A stretch of 64,000 nucleotides of DNA from Candidatus Omnitrophota bacterium (GCA_043808095.1 JAZDFF010000015.1:2015-66014); one strand, 5' to 3'. Shown: positions 37,309 through 48,836, counted from the first letter of the stretch. Notes: generated by a model from the sequence alone, not told the origin. Numbers and translations are program-made.

Positions 37309-38428
37309 TTCTTATTAAGCCTGAATATAAATCTTCTACTTTTTTAACATGGATCTTTATGTCAAATAATCCCTCTGCGCGTTTTCTCCCATTCTTACCA
37401 AATGTCTCTGCAACGACTCCATTTTCAAGAAGGTATTCTATCTTCTCAGCCATCCCCTTAAAATCCCTCGGAGTGAGTAAAAAACCCGTGATACCATCCT
37501 CTACTATCTCCGCTACCCCACCACCCCTAAAGGCAACTATAGCTCTTGCGCAAGCCATTGCTTCAATTAATACTCTCCCGAAAGGCTCACCTATAGAAGG
37601 AAGTACGAATAAATCTAAAGATGACATTATCTGAGGGGTATCCTCTCTATTTCCTAAAAATACAACTTTTTTTTCTATATTCAAATCTTTTGTTAATCTC
37701 CTTAGGTAATTCAAATATTTATTATCGTTAAAATAATCAATGCCTACGATTAAAAATTTCGTATTAGATATCTTTTGCGAAACTATCTTGGCCGATTTTA
37801 TAAAATATTCATAACCTTTCCAAGAAACAAATCTACCTACTGTACCTATTAAAAAATTATCTCCTCTATATCCTATCTCATTCCTAAAAGCCATTCTATC
37901 AATTTTCGTATTAAATCTATCTAAGTCTACGCCATTGTATATGAGAATAATCTTGTCCTTTGGAAATAACCACAAAAATCTATTTCTTACAGCCTTAGAT
38001 ATAATTATAATCCTGCTTGCTAATAGCCCAAGCATCAAATCTAGAATTCCTCCGGATTCGATATTCCTTACATGCCAAAAAAATGGAATTTTTGTAAACT
38101 TAGAACTAATGCCTCCTAAAAGAGTAATACCTGCTGTATAATTACAATGAATCAAATGTATATTATTCTGCCGTACAAATTCAATCAGGATTTTTATAGT
38201 TTTGATGGAATGGTAAATATTTAGCGGATTCTTTACTTTCTTTAAATTTATAATATTAATAGGGATGTTGAGGTTTTTAATCTTTTCTGTAAAATTTCCT
38301 TCAGAAGGTGCAACTACATAAGGTTTAAATTTAGTCCTATCCAAATTTTCTAAGAGATTAAGAAAACTTATTTCCCCACCGCCGATAATATTACCTGTGG
38401 TAACCAGATATAAAATATTCATAAACAT
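37298..38428 (-). CDS. GT4 glycosyltransferase
   Basis: IGGGE, GRFVSWKG, EPFGRVLIEAMA. Confidence 0.92.
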   Translation of the reverse strand: MFMNILYLVTTGNIIGGGEISFLNLLENLDRTKFKPYVVAPSEGNFTEKIKNLNIPINIINLKKVKNPLNIYHSIKTIKILIEFVRQNNIHLIHCNYTAGITLLGGISSKFTKIPFFWHVRNIESGGILDLMLGLLASRIIIISKAVRNRFLWLFPKDKIILIYNGVDLDRFNTKIDRMAFRNEIGYRGDNFLIGTVGRFVSWKGYEYFIKSAKIVSQKISNTKFLIVGIDYFNDNKYLNYLRRLTKDLNIEKKVVFLGNREDTPQIMSSLDLFVLPSIGEPFGRVLIEAMACARAIVAFRGGGVAEIVEDGITGFLLTPRDFKGMAEKIEYLLENGVVAETFGKNGRKRAEGLFDIKIHVKKVEDLYSGLIRNGI

Positions 38429-38451
38429 ATTTGATTTTTATTTTATAACAT

Positions 38452-39306
38452 TCATACTTTTCTTAAACTTATAATCACGTCCTCTGATAGATTCTTTAAA
38501 AAAAATAACTTATCTAATAAGATTTCTATCAAAAGGACTAATGCGAAAATGGTTCTTCTTTTATCCTGTTGTGGAGTACCAAATAGCAAAGCACCTCTTT
38601 TAATTTCCTCTACTTTGAATTTGCAATCACGAAAAATTCTTATCCATTCATTAAGGCTCCTTACGGAGATATGCCCATAGGCAATTTCTGAATGACTGTT
38701 ACCTAACAAACCAAAATTCGGATTTTCTATCTCTTTAGGGTAATCAGAATTTATTTTCCATGATTTCAGAAATAGAGGCCTTAATAACTTTTTCAGCCTT
38801 AAAATTAAAGTAGACTGATTAGGGGTAGTAATAATAGCCAACCCCTCCGGTTTAAGAATCCGATAAAACTCGTTTATTGCTCGCTCGGGGTTTCTTAAAT
38901 GCTCCAAAACTTCTATTGAAAGTAGAATATCAAAGTTGTTATTGGGAAAATTTAAACATTCTGCATTATCGATATTAAATATGGTATTTTTTGTTTGATA
39001 TTCTTCTTTTTTAAGATTACAGTAATATACCCTTGAGGGATCTAGATCAACTCCGTAAAATTCTAAATTATTTTCTTTGCCAAAATCTTGATTCAAATGA
39101 AAGATATTTGAGCCCAACCCACAGCCTATATCTATAATCCTGAGTGGCTCCTTTTTAATTTTAACCTCTTTTTGAAAGAGAGACGAGATCTTTTGAAATT
39201 TCTTCCACCAGAAATATGTTCTAGTATAGCTGATTGGCTTTTGAGCCTCTTTTATAAAATGCTTATTAATTGCTTCCAATGATAAACTTTCTTCTAATTT
39301 AGACAT
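38452..39306 (-). CDS. class I SAM methyltransferase
   Basis: IDIGCGLG, EVLEHL, LKPEG..IITTPN. Confidence 0.9.
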   Translation of the reverse strand: MSKLEESLSLEAINKHFIKEAQKPISYTRTYFWWKKFQKISSLFQKEVKIKKEPLRIIDIGCGLGSNIFHLNQDFGKENNLEFYGVDLDPSRVYYCNLKKEEYQTKNTIFNIDNAECLNFPNNNFDILLSIEVLEHLRNPERAINEFYRILKPEGLAIITTPNQSTLILRLKKLLRPLFLKSWKINSDYPKEIENPNFGLLGNSHSEIAYGHISVRSLNEWIRIFRDCKFKVEEIKRGALLFGTPQQDKRRTIFALVLLIEILLDKLFFLKNLSEDVIISLRKV

Positions 39307-39341
39307 CTTAAAACTTTCAAAATAAGTTTTGGTTTTATGTT

Positions 39342-40430
39342 TTATTTAATGCTTCCAAGCAAATTGATATTCCTTTTATTGATAATATCTTCTAATACTA
39401 TTTTGAGTTGTTTACCAATAACCTCGGGAGTAAAATTTTGGATATATAATTGATAGCCAGCATCAGCTATGTTTTCAGCCAAACTTCTGTTATCTCTTAA
39501 AAGAAGTATAGCCCCTGCTAAGGCCTTAGAATCTGCTAAGGGGCAAAGAAGGGCATTCTGTCGGTCTGAAATTATCTCTCTGATAGCAAGGGTATCCCCA
39601 GTAATTAATGGCTTGCTCATCGCTAAAATCGAAATTACTCTATTAGAAATAATGCTATTGGCTTTTCTGGTATTTCCAAAGATACCTAAACAAATATCTG
39701 ATGCTGCAATATAATCGGGGACTTTGTTAAGCGGTACTTGATCTTCAAAAGAGATATTTTTAAATTCAGAACCCAGTTTTATAATCTCTTCGGGAATCTT
39801 ACCAACCAACTTGAATTTAATCTCAGGGTATGGTTGTAATAACTTAGCCGCCTCAATTACATACTCTAGGCCTACTTGCGGAGAGTAAGATCCAATACTC
39901 AAGACTAGAAAATCTTTATCGTTTCTATTGATTGCTTTAGGATAAAATAAGGAATTATCCGATCCTAAACGAACAACTTTAAACTTCTCTTCTCTTATTC
40001 CAAATTCTTGCTGAAAAAAGACTTTCTGGGCATAAGTATGTATAAATATAAAGTCGGCCAAAAAACAGCTAAATTTATCTAAAAAATGTAAATACTTTGC
40101 ATAGAAAGAACCTTCTTTTAGGGATTTTCTATCAAAGACTTCGGTATCATAGAAAGAAATAAAAGGATCAAAGATTAATGGTTTTCCTTGTATTAGCGTA
40201 AACAATCTCGCCAATGGAACGTTAGTTGCCCCAAACTCTGGAACAATAATAACATCGTAGTCTTTTCTAAACCTTAGATATTTGAAAATTAAACGTAAAT
40301 ACCTAATCCAAATCCTGCGTGAATTATCGTAACATTCGATAACTTCAACTCCATTTTCTCTAAGCCCTTTCCTTATAACTAAATTCCTTGGGTAATCTTC
40401 AGTATATGGCCCAAAATAACAAACCTTCAT
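39342..40430 (-). CDS. GT4 glycosyltransferase
   Basis: YPRN, GLEYVIEAA, DICLGIFG; GT-B C-terminal pattern. Confidence 0.85.
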   Translation of the reverse strand: MKVCYFGPYTEDYPRNLVIRKGLRENGVEVIECYDNSRRIWIRYLRLIFKYLRFRKDYDVIIVPEFGATNVPLARLFTLIQGKPLIFDPFISFYDTEVFDRKSLKEGSFYAKYLHFLDKFSCFLADFIFIHTYAQKVFFQQEFGIREEKFKVVRLGSDNSLFYPKAINRNDKDFLVLSIGSYSPQVGLEYVIEAAKLLQPYPEIKFKLVGKIPEEIIKLGSEFKNISFEDQVPLNKVPDYIAASDICLGIFGNTRKANSIISNRVISILAMSKPLITGDTLAIREIISDRQNALLCPLADSKALAGAILLLRDNRSLAENIADAGYQLYIQNFTPEVIGKQLKIVLEDIINKRNINLLGSIK

Positions 40431-40444
40431 AGTTTAACTTTAAA

Positions 40445-41509
40445 TTATAAGAAATTCTTATGCAACGCTTCCTTTTGTCCAAGAAAATGGATTAGTTCAT
40501 TATATTTGTTTAATCTACAAGGTGGGCATTTATGTAAATTAATCCGATTTATAATCTTTTCTCTTTTTTGACTATTCCATATCTGACTAAATGATTTTTC
40601 TTTCAGACTTCCAAAACTAAATCGAGGATCCCCCTTTAACTGACAGCACAAATATACTAGACAATCCGCGCCCACCGCGGCTATTAGATTGTGAGCCACG
40701 CAGCTACTATAGTTTCGTTCGAAAGCGCTCATCTCATCAAATCGATGCAACATAGGAATAACAGAAAAATTTTTATCTGAAAGCTTAAGTGATTTGAGTA
40801 CCAATCCTTCTATTTTAGGCATCATCCTCTCTAAGATTTTCTTGCCCGGTATATATACCGGCCTAATCTGAATATAATCTACCCCTACATCTTTGGCTAG
40901 TTTAGTTGCCTGATAGATTTGTGAATAATTCAAAGGGTGGACTAAAAAAGCTATGCCTATGGTAGGAGATTTCTTATCTTTTCTTAAACGGACTAGATAT
41001 TTTAAATTTTCGATGATTTTATCAAAATTATCTTGACTAAGATCTTTTGGTCTATGTAAAGAGGCATGACTCCTTCTATCTGTTGCATCTAAACTTATTC
41101 TTACAAAAGTACAATTTTTTATAATCTCTCTGCAGCATCCCTCTGTCATAAGTCCACCATTAGTTACTAGGCCAACTTCCATTTTCAATTCCTTTGCATA
41201 GCGTATAGCCCCTAAAGTTGCAGGATTCATTAAGGGCTCTCCACCTCCTGTAAAGATTATTGACTTTACATGCATCTGCCCTAACTCCCTAATTAGGTTA
41301 AACATAATTTTCCGAGGCATAAGTTTAGGTTTTTCCTTTTTAAAATTAGCATACATACACCAAATACAATTATGGTTACAGAGATTACTCGGGTCGAGCT
41401 CACAGGTTACAGGATAAATTTTTTTCCCCTTAGCTAATTTATTTAGAATAACTCGATGACTCAATATCTTTGCAGGATTAAATTGGTTAATATTCGTATT
41501 AGGTTTCAT
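40445..41509 (-). CDS. radical SAM protein with SPASM/twitch domain
   Basis: CNHNCIWC, TGGGEP, C..ADCLVYLCC...CPPCR. Confidence 0.92.
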   Translation of the reverse strand: MKPNTNINQFNPAKILSHRVILNKLAKGKKIYPVTCELDPSNLCNHNCIWCMYANFKKEKPKLMPRKIMFNLIRELGQMHVKSIIFTGGGEPLMNPATLGAIRYAKELKMEVGLVTNGGLMTEGCCREIIKNCTFVRISLDATDRRSHASLHRPKDLSQDNFDKIIENLKYLVRLRKDKKSPTIGIAFLVHPLNYSQIYQATKLAKDVGVDYIQIRPVYIPGKKILERMMPKIEGLVLKSLKLSDKNFSVIPMLHRFDEMSAFERNYSSCVAHNLIAAVGADCLVYLCCQLKGDPRFSFGSLKEKSFSQIWNSQKREKIINRINLHKCPPCRLNKYNELIHFLGQKEALHKNFL

Positions 41510-41513
41510 TAAA

Positions 41514-42947
41514 TTACTTTTTGAAAATTTTTCCCAACAATCTAATATCTCTAAAAGTAAGGGTTTTCAATAATATCAAAATAAAGAAATATACAAAAAT
41601 AGCAAGAATGATTAACAAAAATAAATTTATATTTTTAAATAACTGGATGAAACCTGCCATCAACAATGTCGCTAAAACTGGTCGAATACCAATCTTTATT
41701 AAGTTTAAGCGATGAATATTTTTAGATATTATATAGAAATACACTATAAAAAGTAAAATTATGGTTATTAATCTAGCTAAACTTGCCCCTAAGTAACTAA
41801 ACCGTGGTATCAATATAAGATTTAGGATAATATTTAAAATCAGCCCCCAGAAGATTACTATGGTGGCAGTTTTTTGTCTATTAGTAGTAGGTAAAAGTAT
41901 GGAGACTAAAGAAATTAGAAACATAAGCGCAAAACTCCAAGCCAAAATCTGTACACTGCCTGAAGATGCCAGGTACTTGTGGCCATACACTAAAAGAATT
42001 ATTCTGTCTGCGAGAAGACTCATGCCCATACCTAAAGGTAGTGCTAGAATCAAGAGGAATTGAAAAGACTTTTCATAATATTTGGCTAAAGACTCTCTGG
42101 AAGATTGATAAAGCCGGGAAAAAACTGGAAAAAGGGCAGTCGTTAAATTAACCGGGATAAATAAGAACACCGAAGTCAATGCTAAAGCAACTCCATAATA
42201 TGCAGTAGGAATGTCTCCTTTTATTGTTTTAAGTAAGGTTACGTCGATATTAAGAGCAAGGTTGGAAAATAAACCAAAAAAAGCAAAAGGAAGACTATCC
42301 TTCATCAGATTCTTCCAAAATACCAAATCAATCTCAAATTTGGGTCTGGCAAATTTTTTAATAATCAAACCAAAACTCAAAATAATATAGATTAGTGCCC
42401 CAACTAAGTAAGACAAAAGCACTTCTTTCAATCCGCCCTTTAAAATAATTGCTACAACGACTCCTATTAGGATACTAAGCGTTAATAAAAAATTTAATAA
42501 AGCAACAAATCCCATTTTTTCATATGCCATAAAGATAGAAATAAAATAACTCCCGAATGATTTTAATATAATATATAATGCCAAAATATAAACTGCTATT
42601 TTAACTATCTGGGCATAATTAATAATATTTACCATCATAAAGATTAAGATAAACGTAAATACCGATAAAGCAGCTTTAATAATGACCGCGCTGCTTAGAT
42701 ATTTACTTGTTATTTTTTTATCTCGGGCTACTTCTCTTACTACCAAATTACTTAAACCTAGATCAGGAAGTACTAAGAATAGACATGTAAAATAAATGGC
42801 AAAGGTATATTGACCAAACTCTACCTTTCCTAAATATTTAGCAAGGGTTACGGAGAGAATAAAAGCTAAAATACTGGAGGCGATGGTGGAAATATTTAAG
42901 AAAAGGGTATTTCTGGTTATTTTAGACGCATCATCTATTTCTATCAT
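41514..42947 (-). CDS. wzx: Wzx flippase
   Basis: Polytopic protein; LAKYLG..EFGQY, DLGLS..VVREVAR, LIPRFSYLGA. Confidence 0.88.
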   Translation of the reverse strand: MIEIDDASKITRNTLFLNISTIASSILAFILSVTLAKYLGKVEFGQYTFAIYFTCLFLVLPDLGLSNLVVREVARDKKITSKYLSSAVIIKAALSVFTFILIFMMVNIINYAQIVKIAVYILALYIILKSFGSYFISIFMAYEKMGFVALLNFLLTLSILIGVVVAIILKGGLKEVLLSYLVGALIYIILSFGLIIKKFARPKFEIDLVFWKNLMKDSLPFAFFGLFSNLALNIDVTLLKTIKGDIPTAYYGVALALTSVFLFIPVNLTTALFPVFSRLYQSSRESLAKYYEKSFQFLLILALPLGMGMSLLADRIILLVYGHKYLASSGSVQILAWSFALMFLISLVSILLPTTNRQKTATIVIFWGLILNIILNLILIPRFSYLGASLARLITIILLFIVYFYIISKNIHRLNLIKIGIRPVLATLLMAGFIQLFKNINLFLLIILAIFVYFFILILLKTLTFRDIRLLGKIFKK

Positions 42948-43014
42948 TTAGGTCTCTATTTTGAGAAAAGTCATCGATAACAGATAATACATTCTTAATA
43001 CTTTCTGTTTTGCT

Positions 43015-43842
43015 TCATTTATATCTCTTAAACAGTCCGATACTAAATCCGATTGCATAACTGAGATTTGCCAAAAAGCCGATTAATTGAAAAGTCAACA
43101 GTAGTCGTATCAGCCTAACAATAAACCGAATAATTCTAAATGGCAAACTTCTTCTTGGTACAAAGTCTGTAACGTCCGGGGGAGGAACCTCAAAGATCAA
43201 ATTAGGGAAGTATCTACTATCGTGGGCTGCCCCTACCCCATGTTGAAACCTAGCCTTTAATAACTCACCTAAATTTCTATACATAGGATGGAAAACCCAG
43301 GTGTTGGGAACTACAACTATCCTGTGTCCAGACTGCCGCACCCTATATCGAAACTCTGGGTCATCTCCTCTAATCAAATTTCCGTTTTCTCCGCCTAATT
43401 CTAAATAAAGTTTCTTTAAAATAGCCATCCCTGCATGAGTGACCATATCCGTTTCAGTGATCTTATTTACTATCGGGAATTGAGAACGATATAGTATCTT
43501 AACACAATGCTTTTGAAATTCATTAGAATCAGGCGGTATTAATTGGGAGGCGCCGGTTATGCCTATAGTTTTATCTTCAATCAATGGCTTAATTAAGTTC
43601 TCGACTACCTTCTCTGTCCCCAGGCGTACATCATCATCAAAAAAGACTAAAATTTCGCCCTTTGCTAGTTTGGCTCCCACATTATGCGCCTTGCTACATG
43701 GACTTATGCCCTTTACCACATGAACCTCAAAGTCCTGAAAGCTCTGTTTTGAGAGGTCTTCTAATAACTTCGGAACATTTCCCTGGCGATACCCATCTAA
43801 TGAAGGTATTATAACGGAAACTAAAGGATTACGGACTGACAA
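43015..43842 (-). CDS. GT2 glycosyltransferase
   Basis: VSVIIPS, FFDDD, GDD. Confidence 0.85.
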   Translation of the reverse strand: MSVRNPLVSVIIPSLDGYRQGNVPKLLEDLSKQSFQDFEVHVVKGISPCSKAHNVGAKLAKGEILVFFDDDVRLGTEKVVENLIKPLIEDKTIGITGASQLIPPDSNEFQKHCVKILYRSQFPIVNKITETDMVTHAGMAILKKLYLELGGENGNLIRGDDPEFRYRVRQSGHRIVVVPNTWVFHPMYRNLGELLKARFQHGVGAAHDSRYFPNLIFEVPPPDVTDFVPRRSLPFRIIRFIVRLIRLLLTFQLIGFLANLSYAIGFSIGLFKRYK

Positions 43843-45238
43843 TATGTATCCCCTTTCTGGTTATGCGTAAGCGCGTTTTATCCTCTATTGACCAACGCAG
43901 ATACCTAATAAGATTCTCCCACTTAGGTGCCCCCACCTGCATCAATTCATCGGCCCATCGCCGGAGTTGACTCCGGCTCCTTTCGGCAGTATAGTAGGGC
44001 TGGGGTAAATCCGTCAGCCAATATTCGTCATTAATCATTCTTTTGGTCTTAGCTAATTCATATAAGGCGGTCCCTGGAAAAACCATGGTTAGTTGAACTG
44101 CGCGAAAATCTGGCTTCAACCTTTCCAAAAGCCGAACCGTCTCGGAAATAGTCTCCTCAGATTCGTTAGGATTTCCAACCATCAAAAGGATTTTAGTCTT
44201 TATACCAGCTTCCCTAGTCAACTCGAAGGCATTTAAGATTTGGCCCACTGTTGTCTTTTTGTTTATAGTATCTAAGATAGTGGCAGAAGCAGATTCTACG
44301 CCGTAGGCAATAGAAAAACATCCAGCTTGCTTCATCCATCCTAACATCTCCGCAGATACAAAATCGACATGGGTCTCGCAGTCCCAAATAAGGTCTAACT
44401 TCCTTGATAATATTCCTTTGCAAATTTCAATTACCCTGTTTTGATCAACGGTGAAGGTATCATCTCCAAAATTGATATAGCCGCAACTGTATTTTTTAGA
44501 TAAAATCTCTAAATCGTCGATGACTTTTCGAGCCGATTGTTTTCGCCATTTACAACCCCAGAAAATATTGGTCGAACAGAATTGGCATCTATTAATGCAG
44601 CCTCGTGAAGTGACTACCGTAGCAAACCTTAACTTTTCAAGTCTTTTACCCCGGTAGTTGATTCCTCTAAGAATGCCATATCTTTGATATCTATCTAAAT
44701 CAAATAAATGATAGGCTGCGGGAGGAAGTAAATCTAAATCTTCTATCAACTCCACATCTTCATTCTTTATAACCTCTTGATCTTCTTTAAAAGCTATGCC
44801 TTTAATTTCTGCAAGCGAAATTCCCTTCTCCCAAGCGCGAATTAAATTTAAAAAAGTCCTCTCTCCTTCACCTAATACTACTACGTCTACAGGTAAATTT
44901 TTTAATATTTGCTTATACATAAAGAAAGGGTGTACTCCCCCTAAAACAACCTTGATAGCAGGATTTATCTCTTTTATAATACGGCTCAAGCGATAAACAC
45001 TAGCCCTCCGTTCGGTCAAACAGGTGATACCTACAACCTGAGGACTCTTTTCTTCAATAATTCTTCTTACCTTGTTCCATTGGCAGAATAGAAGATCTGC
45101 TACCTCAATGTCAAAACCTTCTCGTAATAAGACCGCAGCCAGAGAGGCAATACCAAGGGGCGGAGTATAGGAAGGCATAGAAGGCTTATCGTACCTACTC
45201 GTATTAAATTCAGGAGGATTAACTAATAATATTTTCAC
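43829..45238 (-). CDS. B12-binding radical SAM enzyme
   Basis: PPLGIASL, VLGGVHP, GEGE, SRGCINRCQFC, YGVES; GTG start. Confidence 0.92.
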   Translation of the reverse strand: MKILLVNPPEFNTSRYDKPSMPSYTPPLGIASLAAVLLREGFDIEVADLLFCQWNKVRRIIEEKSPQVVGITCLTERRASVYRLSRIIKEINPAIKVVLGGVHPFFMYKQILKNLPVDVVVLGEGERTFLNLIRAWEKGISLAEIKGIAFKEDQEVIKNEDVELIEDLDLLPPAAYHLFDLDRYQRYGILRGINYRGKRLEKLRFATVVTSRGCINRCQFCSTNIFWGCKWRKQSARKVIDDLEILSKKYSCGYINFGDDTFTVDQNRVIEICKGILSRKLDLIWDCETHVDFVSAEMLGWMKQAGCFSIAYGVESASATILDTINKKTTVGQILNAFELTREAGIKTKILLMVGNPNESEETISETVRLLERLKPDFRAVQLTMVFPGTALYELAKTKRMINDEYWLTDLPQPYYTAERSRSQLRRWADELMQVGAPKWENLIRYLRWSIEDKTRLRITRKGIHIVSP

Positions 45239-45262
45239 TACACAATGCCTTTTTGGTGGGTT

Positions 45263-46423
45263 TTAACTTTTAGTAAGTTCTCTCAAAATTGCTTCAACCT
45301 TCCTTGCGGATATTATCCAGGTACGTTGTTCTAATATTGCCTCTCTGCCATGCTTACCTATTTTTTCTCTAAGTCCTTCATCTTTAAGCAATCTAACAAT
45401 CGCCCCTGTTAACTTCTGCGCATCACTTGCTTCTGTCCAAACTACACCATCGACTCTGTCTAAAAAATCTTTACACCATTCTAAACCGCTGACTACTACT
45501 GGCTTAGCACAGGCCAAATATTCATAGAGCTTAATTGGATCTGCTGTATAGGGTATAACCGGTTTAAAGAAAACTGCGCAGATATCAAATGCATTTATGT
45601 ATTTAGGAACATCCTCATAGGGAATCTCTCCAGAAAAAAATATCTTATCGTCTAAACCCAAATCTGTAACCAGCTTAATTAACTCTTTTTTCATAATACC
45701 TTCACCCACAATGATAAACTTAGTATTAGGCAGTTCCTTAAGAATAAAGGGTGTGCTATTTATTAGATAATCCACCCCTTGATGGGGATAGAGTGAACCA
45801 ACCATCCCAACGTAATAACAATCTTGCCTGAGATTTAATTGCGTTCTGACCTCTTTAGTATTCATAGGACGAAATAATTCTGCATCTGCACCGCAGGGCA
45901 CCACGATTATCTTATGGGAAGGTAAATTCAGGAATTTGCTTAGGCGTTGTTTAGTGAGGTTAGTTGTGGTTACTACCCTATCCGAAAAAATTAGAGAAAC
46001 TGCTGAAATGAAATAAAGTATCTTATACTTGATAAGCTCGAATCCTCTTTTTTTTATCTCTGGAATCGAGATAAAAATTTGCACTTCTATAACCAGGGGA
46101 CGGCTTACTAATTTAGCAAACAAAAAACTCGTCAGCGACCAACCGTCTCGAGAATATATGATATTCGGCCTTTTTCTAAGGCTATGAAACATAAGATAAA
46201 CCAATAATAACAAACTGTAGCTTATGATATTCAATATAGGTACTTCTATTAAAGGCACATAGACAACCTGGGCTTGCGTTTTCTGCTTATACTTGCCCCG
46301 ACGGGGAGCAAAAACTAATATGTCGTGTCCTAACTCTTTTAGATTCTGAGCTATCTCCATAATATGTCTTACATCCCCGGCCTGTCTGCTCAGGTCATTA
46401 TAACAGGTATAAAATATTCTCAT
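45263..46423 (-). CDS. GT4 glycosyltransferase
   Basis: GSLYPHQG, PIKLYEYLAC. Confidence 0.9.
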   Translation of the reverse strand: MRIFYTCYNDLSRQAGDVRHIMEIAQNLKELGHDILVFAPRRGKYKQKTQAQVVYVPLIEVPILNIISYSLLLLVYLMFHSLRKRPNIIYSRDGWSLTSFLFAKLVSRPLVIEVQIFISIPEIKKRGFELIKYKILYFISAVSLIFSDRVVTTTNLTKQRLSKFLNLPSHKIIVVPCGADAELFRPMNTKEVRTQLNLRQDCYYVGMVGSLYPHQGVDYLINSTPFILKELPNTKFIIVGEGIMKKELIKLVTDLGLDDKIFFSGEIPYEDVPKYINAFDICAVFFKPVIPYTADPIKLYEYLACAKPVVVSGLEWCKDFLDRVDGVVWTEASDAQKLTGAIVRLLKDEGLREKIGKHGREAILEQRTWIISARKVEAILRELTKS

Positions 46424-46508
46424 AACTATGGCATGGCTCCTAAAAAGATAGGAATAAATATAGAAATATTGAAGGAATCAAAAAAATGTTGGGTAATTCT
46501 CATTCTAA

Positions 46509-47282
46509 TTATTTTGTGCAAACTGCTATCAAGTTTGTGCTATTTTTAAAATTAAATTTTGATATTTCAAAGTCTGCCTCGGTTATATCATCTCGGGAAA
46601 CAGCACCTGTAAAAGGAGCAATTTTAGCCTGAACTCTTCCAAGAACCCAATCCCTTGTCTTAATAGGAACTAGATATCTAAGACCCAAAAAATCCATCTT
46701 GGCAGCAAATCGCTTCACCTGTTCAAATTTACCAACTACATCGACCTTTAAGCTCTGGCCATAAATATCTACCTGGGTAAAATAACTACTCAACAACTGA
46801 CGATACTCTTCAATGGTTAATTCATTAATATGATTGGGGTTAAAGATTTGACCCCGTCTCAATGATGGGGGTTTTTTGTTTGGCGTAGAACCAATATAAA
46901 GACCACCTGGCTTTAAGACTCTGAGCATCTCGGATAGATATTTCTTTTGGTCTTGGATATGTTCAATGACCTCAAGAGAAACTACCGTATCAAAAGTATT
47001 ATCCGAAAGGCCCAAGTTACAACAATCCATAACTTTATATTCTACGTTAACCTTGGAAAAATGCCTCCTAACATAATCTATTGCTTTAACTGAATAATCC
47101 ACGCCTATTACTTTCTCTGCTGTCTGTGCCAGGAGCCATGGCCCTCTTCTGGCGCCGCAACCGGCATCCAGAACTAATTTACCAGAAACAAATTGCTGGA
47201 CAAGCTCATATCTAGCTAAACTTGTCCTAAGATTCAGATTATCCCTTGAATCATAAAATGCCTTTTTAGCAATGCGGCTCAT
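46509..47282 (-). CDS. class I SAM methyltransferase
   Basis: RY..., VLDAGCG, EVIEHI, LKPGG..STPN. Confidence 0.9.
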   Translation of the reverse strand: MSRIAKKAFYDSRDNLNLRTSLARYELVQQFVSGKLVLDAGCGARRGPWLLAQTAEKVIGVDYSVKAIDYVRRHFSKVNVEYKVMDCCNLGLSDNTFDTVVSLEVIEHIQDQKKYLSEMLRVLKPGGLYIGSTPNKKPPSLRRGQIFNPNHINELTIEEYRQLLSSYFTQVDIYGQSLKVDVVGKFEQVKRFAAKMDFLGLRYLVPIKTRDWVLGRVQAKIAPFTGAVSRDDITEADFEISKFNFKNSTNLIAVCTK

Positions 47283-48790
47283 CTTATAACTTTTTCCCTT
47301 AAGACCGCCCGCTTTACCATATCCAGTTCATCCATTCTCAAAATTAAGGCGGCAACCAAAAATACAGCTGCCCCTATAAGTATGGTAATTAATACGGGCA
47401 AGCGAATAATACACAGGATAATAACCATTATAGAAGAGGCCACGGCGGTTTTAGCAAAGGTTATAAAAATAGGCCTTTTTTCTTTTATTCCCATTTTCTT
47501 CGCCAGGGACCCTGCCAACAGCAAACAGATAACCGTTCCGTAAATGGAAAAAGCCAAAGCCAGGCCCCCTACTCCTAAGATATCTTTTAAGATTAGCCCT
47601 AAGATTATATTAATTATTATCCCGATTAGGCCTATTTTAAGCGGAGTAACCATATCCTGGAGAGAATAGAATGCGCGTATCAAAATTACATTAGCGCAAA
47701 ATCCAAGTAGTCCCCAGGAATAATAAAAAAGGGCATCTGCCGTCATCCCAACAGCCTGCGGGCCAAATTCTCCCCGCGCAAATAGTAGTTCAATGATTGG
47801 CCTGGCTAATATCATCAGTGCAGCTGATAAAGGAATTCCGATAAAAATTATTATCCTCAAAGAAGCGAAAAAAGTCTCTTTTAGATTAATCCAATCTCTG
47901 TCGACTTTCTGCTGCGCCATTACGGGAAAGGCAACTGTTCCTATAGTGGCACCTATAAAATCTACTACCAGATTTATCGGGTAGCGCGCGAAATTTAGCG
48001 CAGCGATGCTTCCTTCTGTGAGCGTAGAGGCAAAAATCCGTATGAAGACGTAGTTAATCTGAAATAGAATATTAACCGCCAAGACGGGAAGCGCCAGTCT
48101 GATTACTTTCTTAAGGGCCGGGTGATTGGCGTTAAAATAAAAAATGTTTCCGGTTTTAATTTTCCTGATAGCTATCCACTGTATAAAAAGCTGAAGCCCG
48201 CCGCCTGCTATTGCTCCAAAAGCTAATGAATAAATGCCTATCTGTTTCGATAAAAGCAAAATCACTGTAATTACACCTAAAGGAAAGACGAAAGATGCAA
48301 TTGCCGGAGTTACAAAACGCCGGTGAGCATTAAGCACGGCATTGGAAATGATTACGAGGCTCAAGATAATCACTAAGGGAGAGGTTATGCGGCTAAGTTT
48401 TGTTGACAACTGCGCTGTAGAAATAGGAAATCCGGGGGCTAAGAGTTTAATTAAACCGGGTGAGAAAACAAAATAAAAAAAGGTAACTACGGCAAGGCTT
48501 ATTACTGAAATGCCAATCAAACTGCTGACCAAATTCCAGGCCTGCCTCTTGTCTTCAATAGTCAATAATTCCGTTAATATGGGAATTAAAACAAAAAATA
48601 TTACGCCTCCGAACATAAAATCGCTGACAAAGGCAGGGATGGTTAAAGCAACGAGATAGGCATCCACTCCGGTAGTTGCTCCAAACTTTGCAGCAATGAG
48701 CATCTGAGTTGCTAAACCAAGAAAGGAGCGTATAAGATTGGCAGCTAATAAAATACTGATTGCTTGAGATAGTTTTTGCGTAAAGGACAT
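47279..48790 (-). CDS. MurJ/MviN-like MOP flippase
   Basis: FGA..DAY, LLAPGF, LFARGEFG, RAFYSLQDMVTP. Confidence 0.85.
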   Translation of the reverse strand: MSFTQKLSQAISILLAANLIRSFLGLATQMLIAAKFGATTGVDAYLVALTIPAFVSDFMFGGVIFFVLIPILTELLTIEDKRQAWNLVSSLIGISVISLAVVTFFYFVFSPGLIKLLAPGFPISTAQLSTKLSRITSPLVIILSLVIISNAVLNAHRRFVTPAIASFVFPLGVITVILLLSKQIGIYSLAFGAIAGGGLQLFIQWIAIRKIKTGNIFYFNANHPALKKVIRLALPVLAVNILFQINYVFIRIFASTLTEGSIAALNFARYPINLVVDFIGATIGTVAFPVMAQQKVDRDWINLKETFFASLRIIIFIGIPLSAALMILARPIIELLFARGEFGPQAVGMTADALFYYSWGLLGFCANVILIRAFYSLQDMVTPLKIGLIGIIINIILGLILKDILGVGGLALAFSIYGTVICLLLAGSLAKKMGIKEKRPIFITFAKTAVASSIMVIILCIIRLPVLITILIGAAVFLVAALILRMDELDMVKRAVLREKVIR

Positions 48791-48836
48791 CTCTGTTCTC
48801 TGTATAGGGCTTTGTCTCTATATAGAGATTTATCAA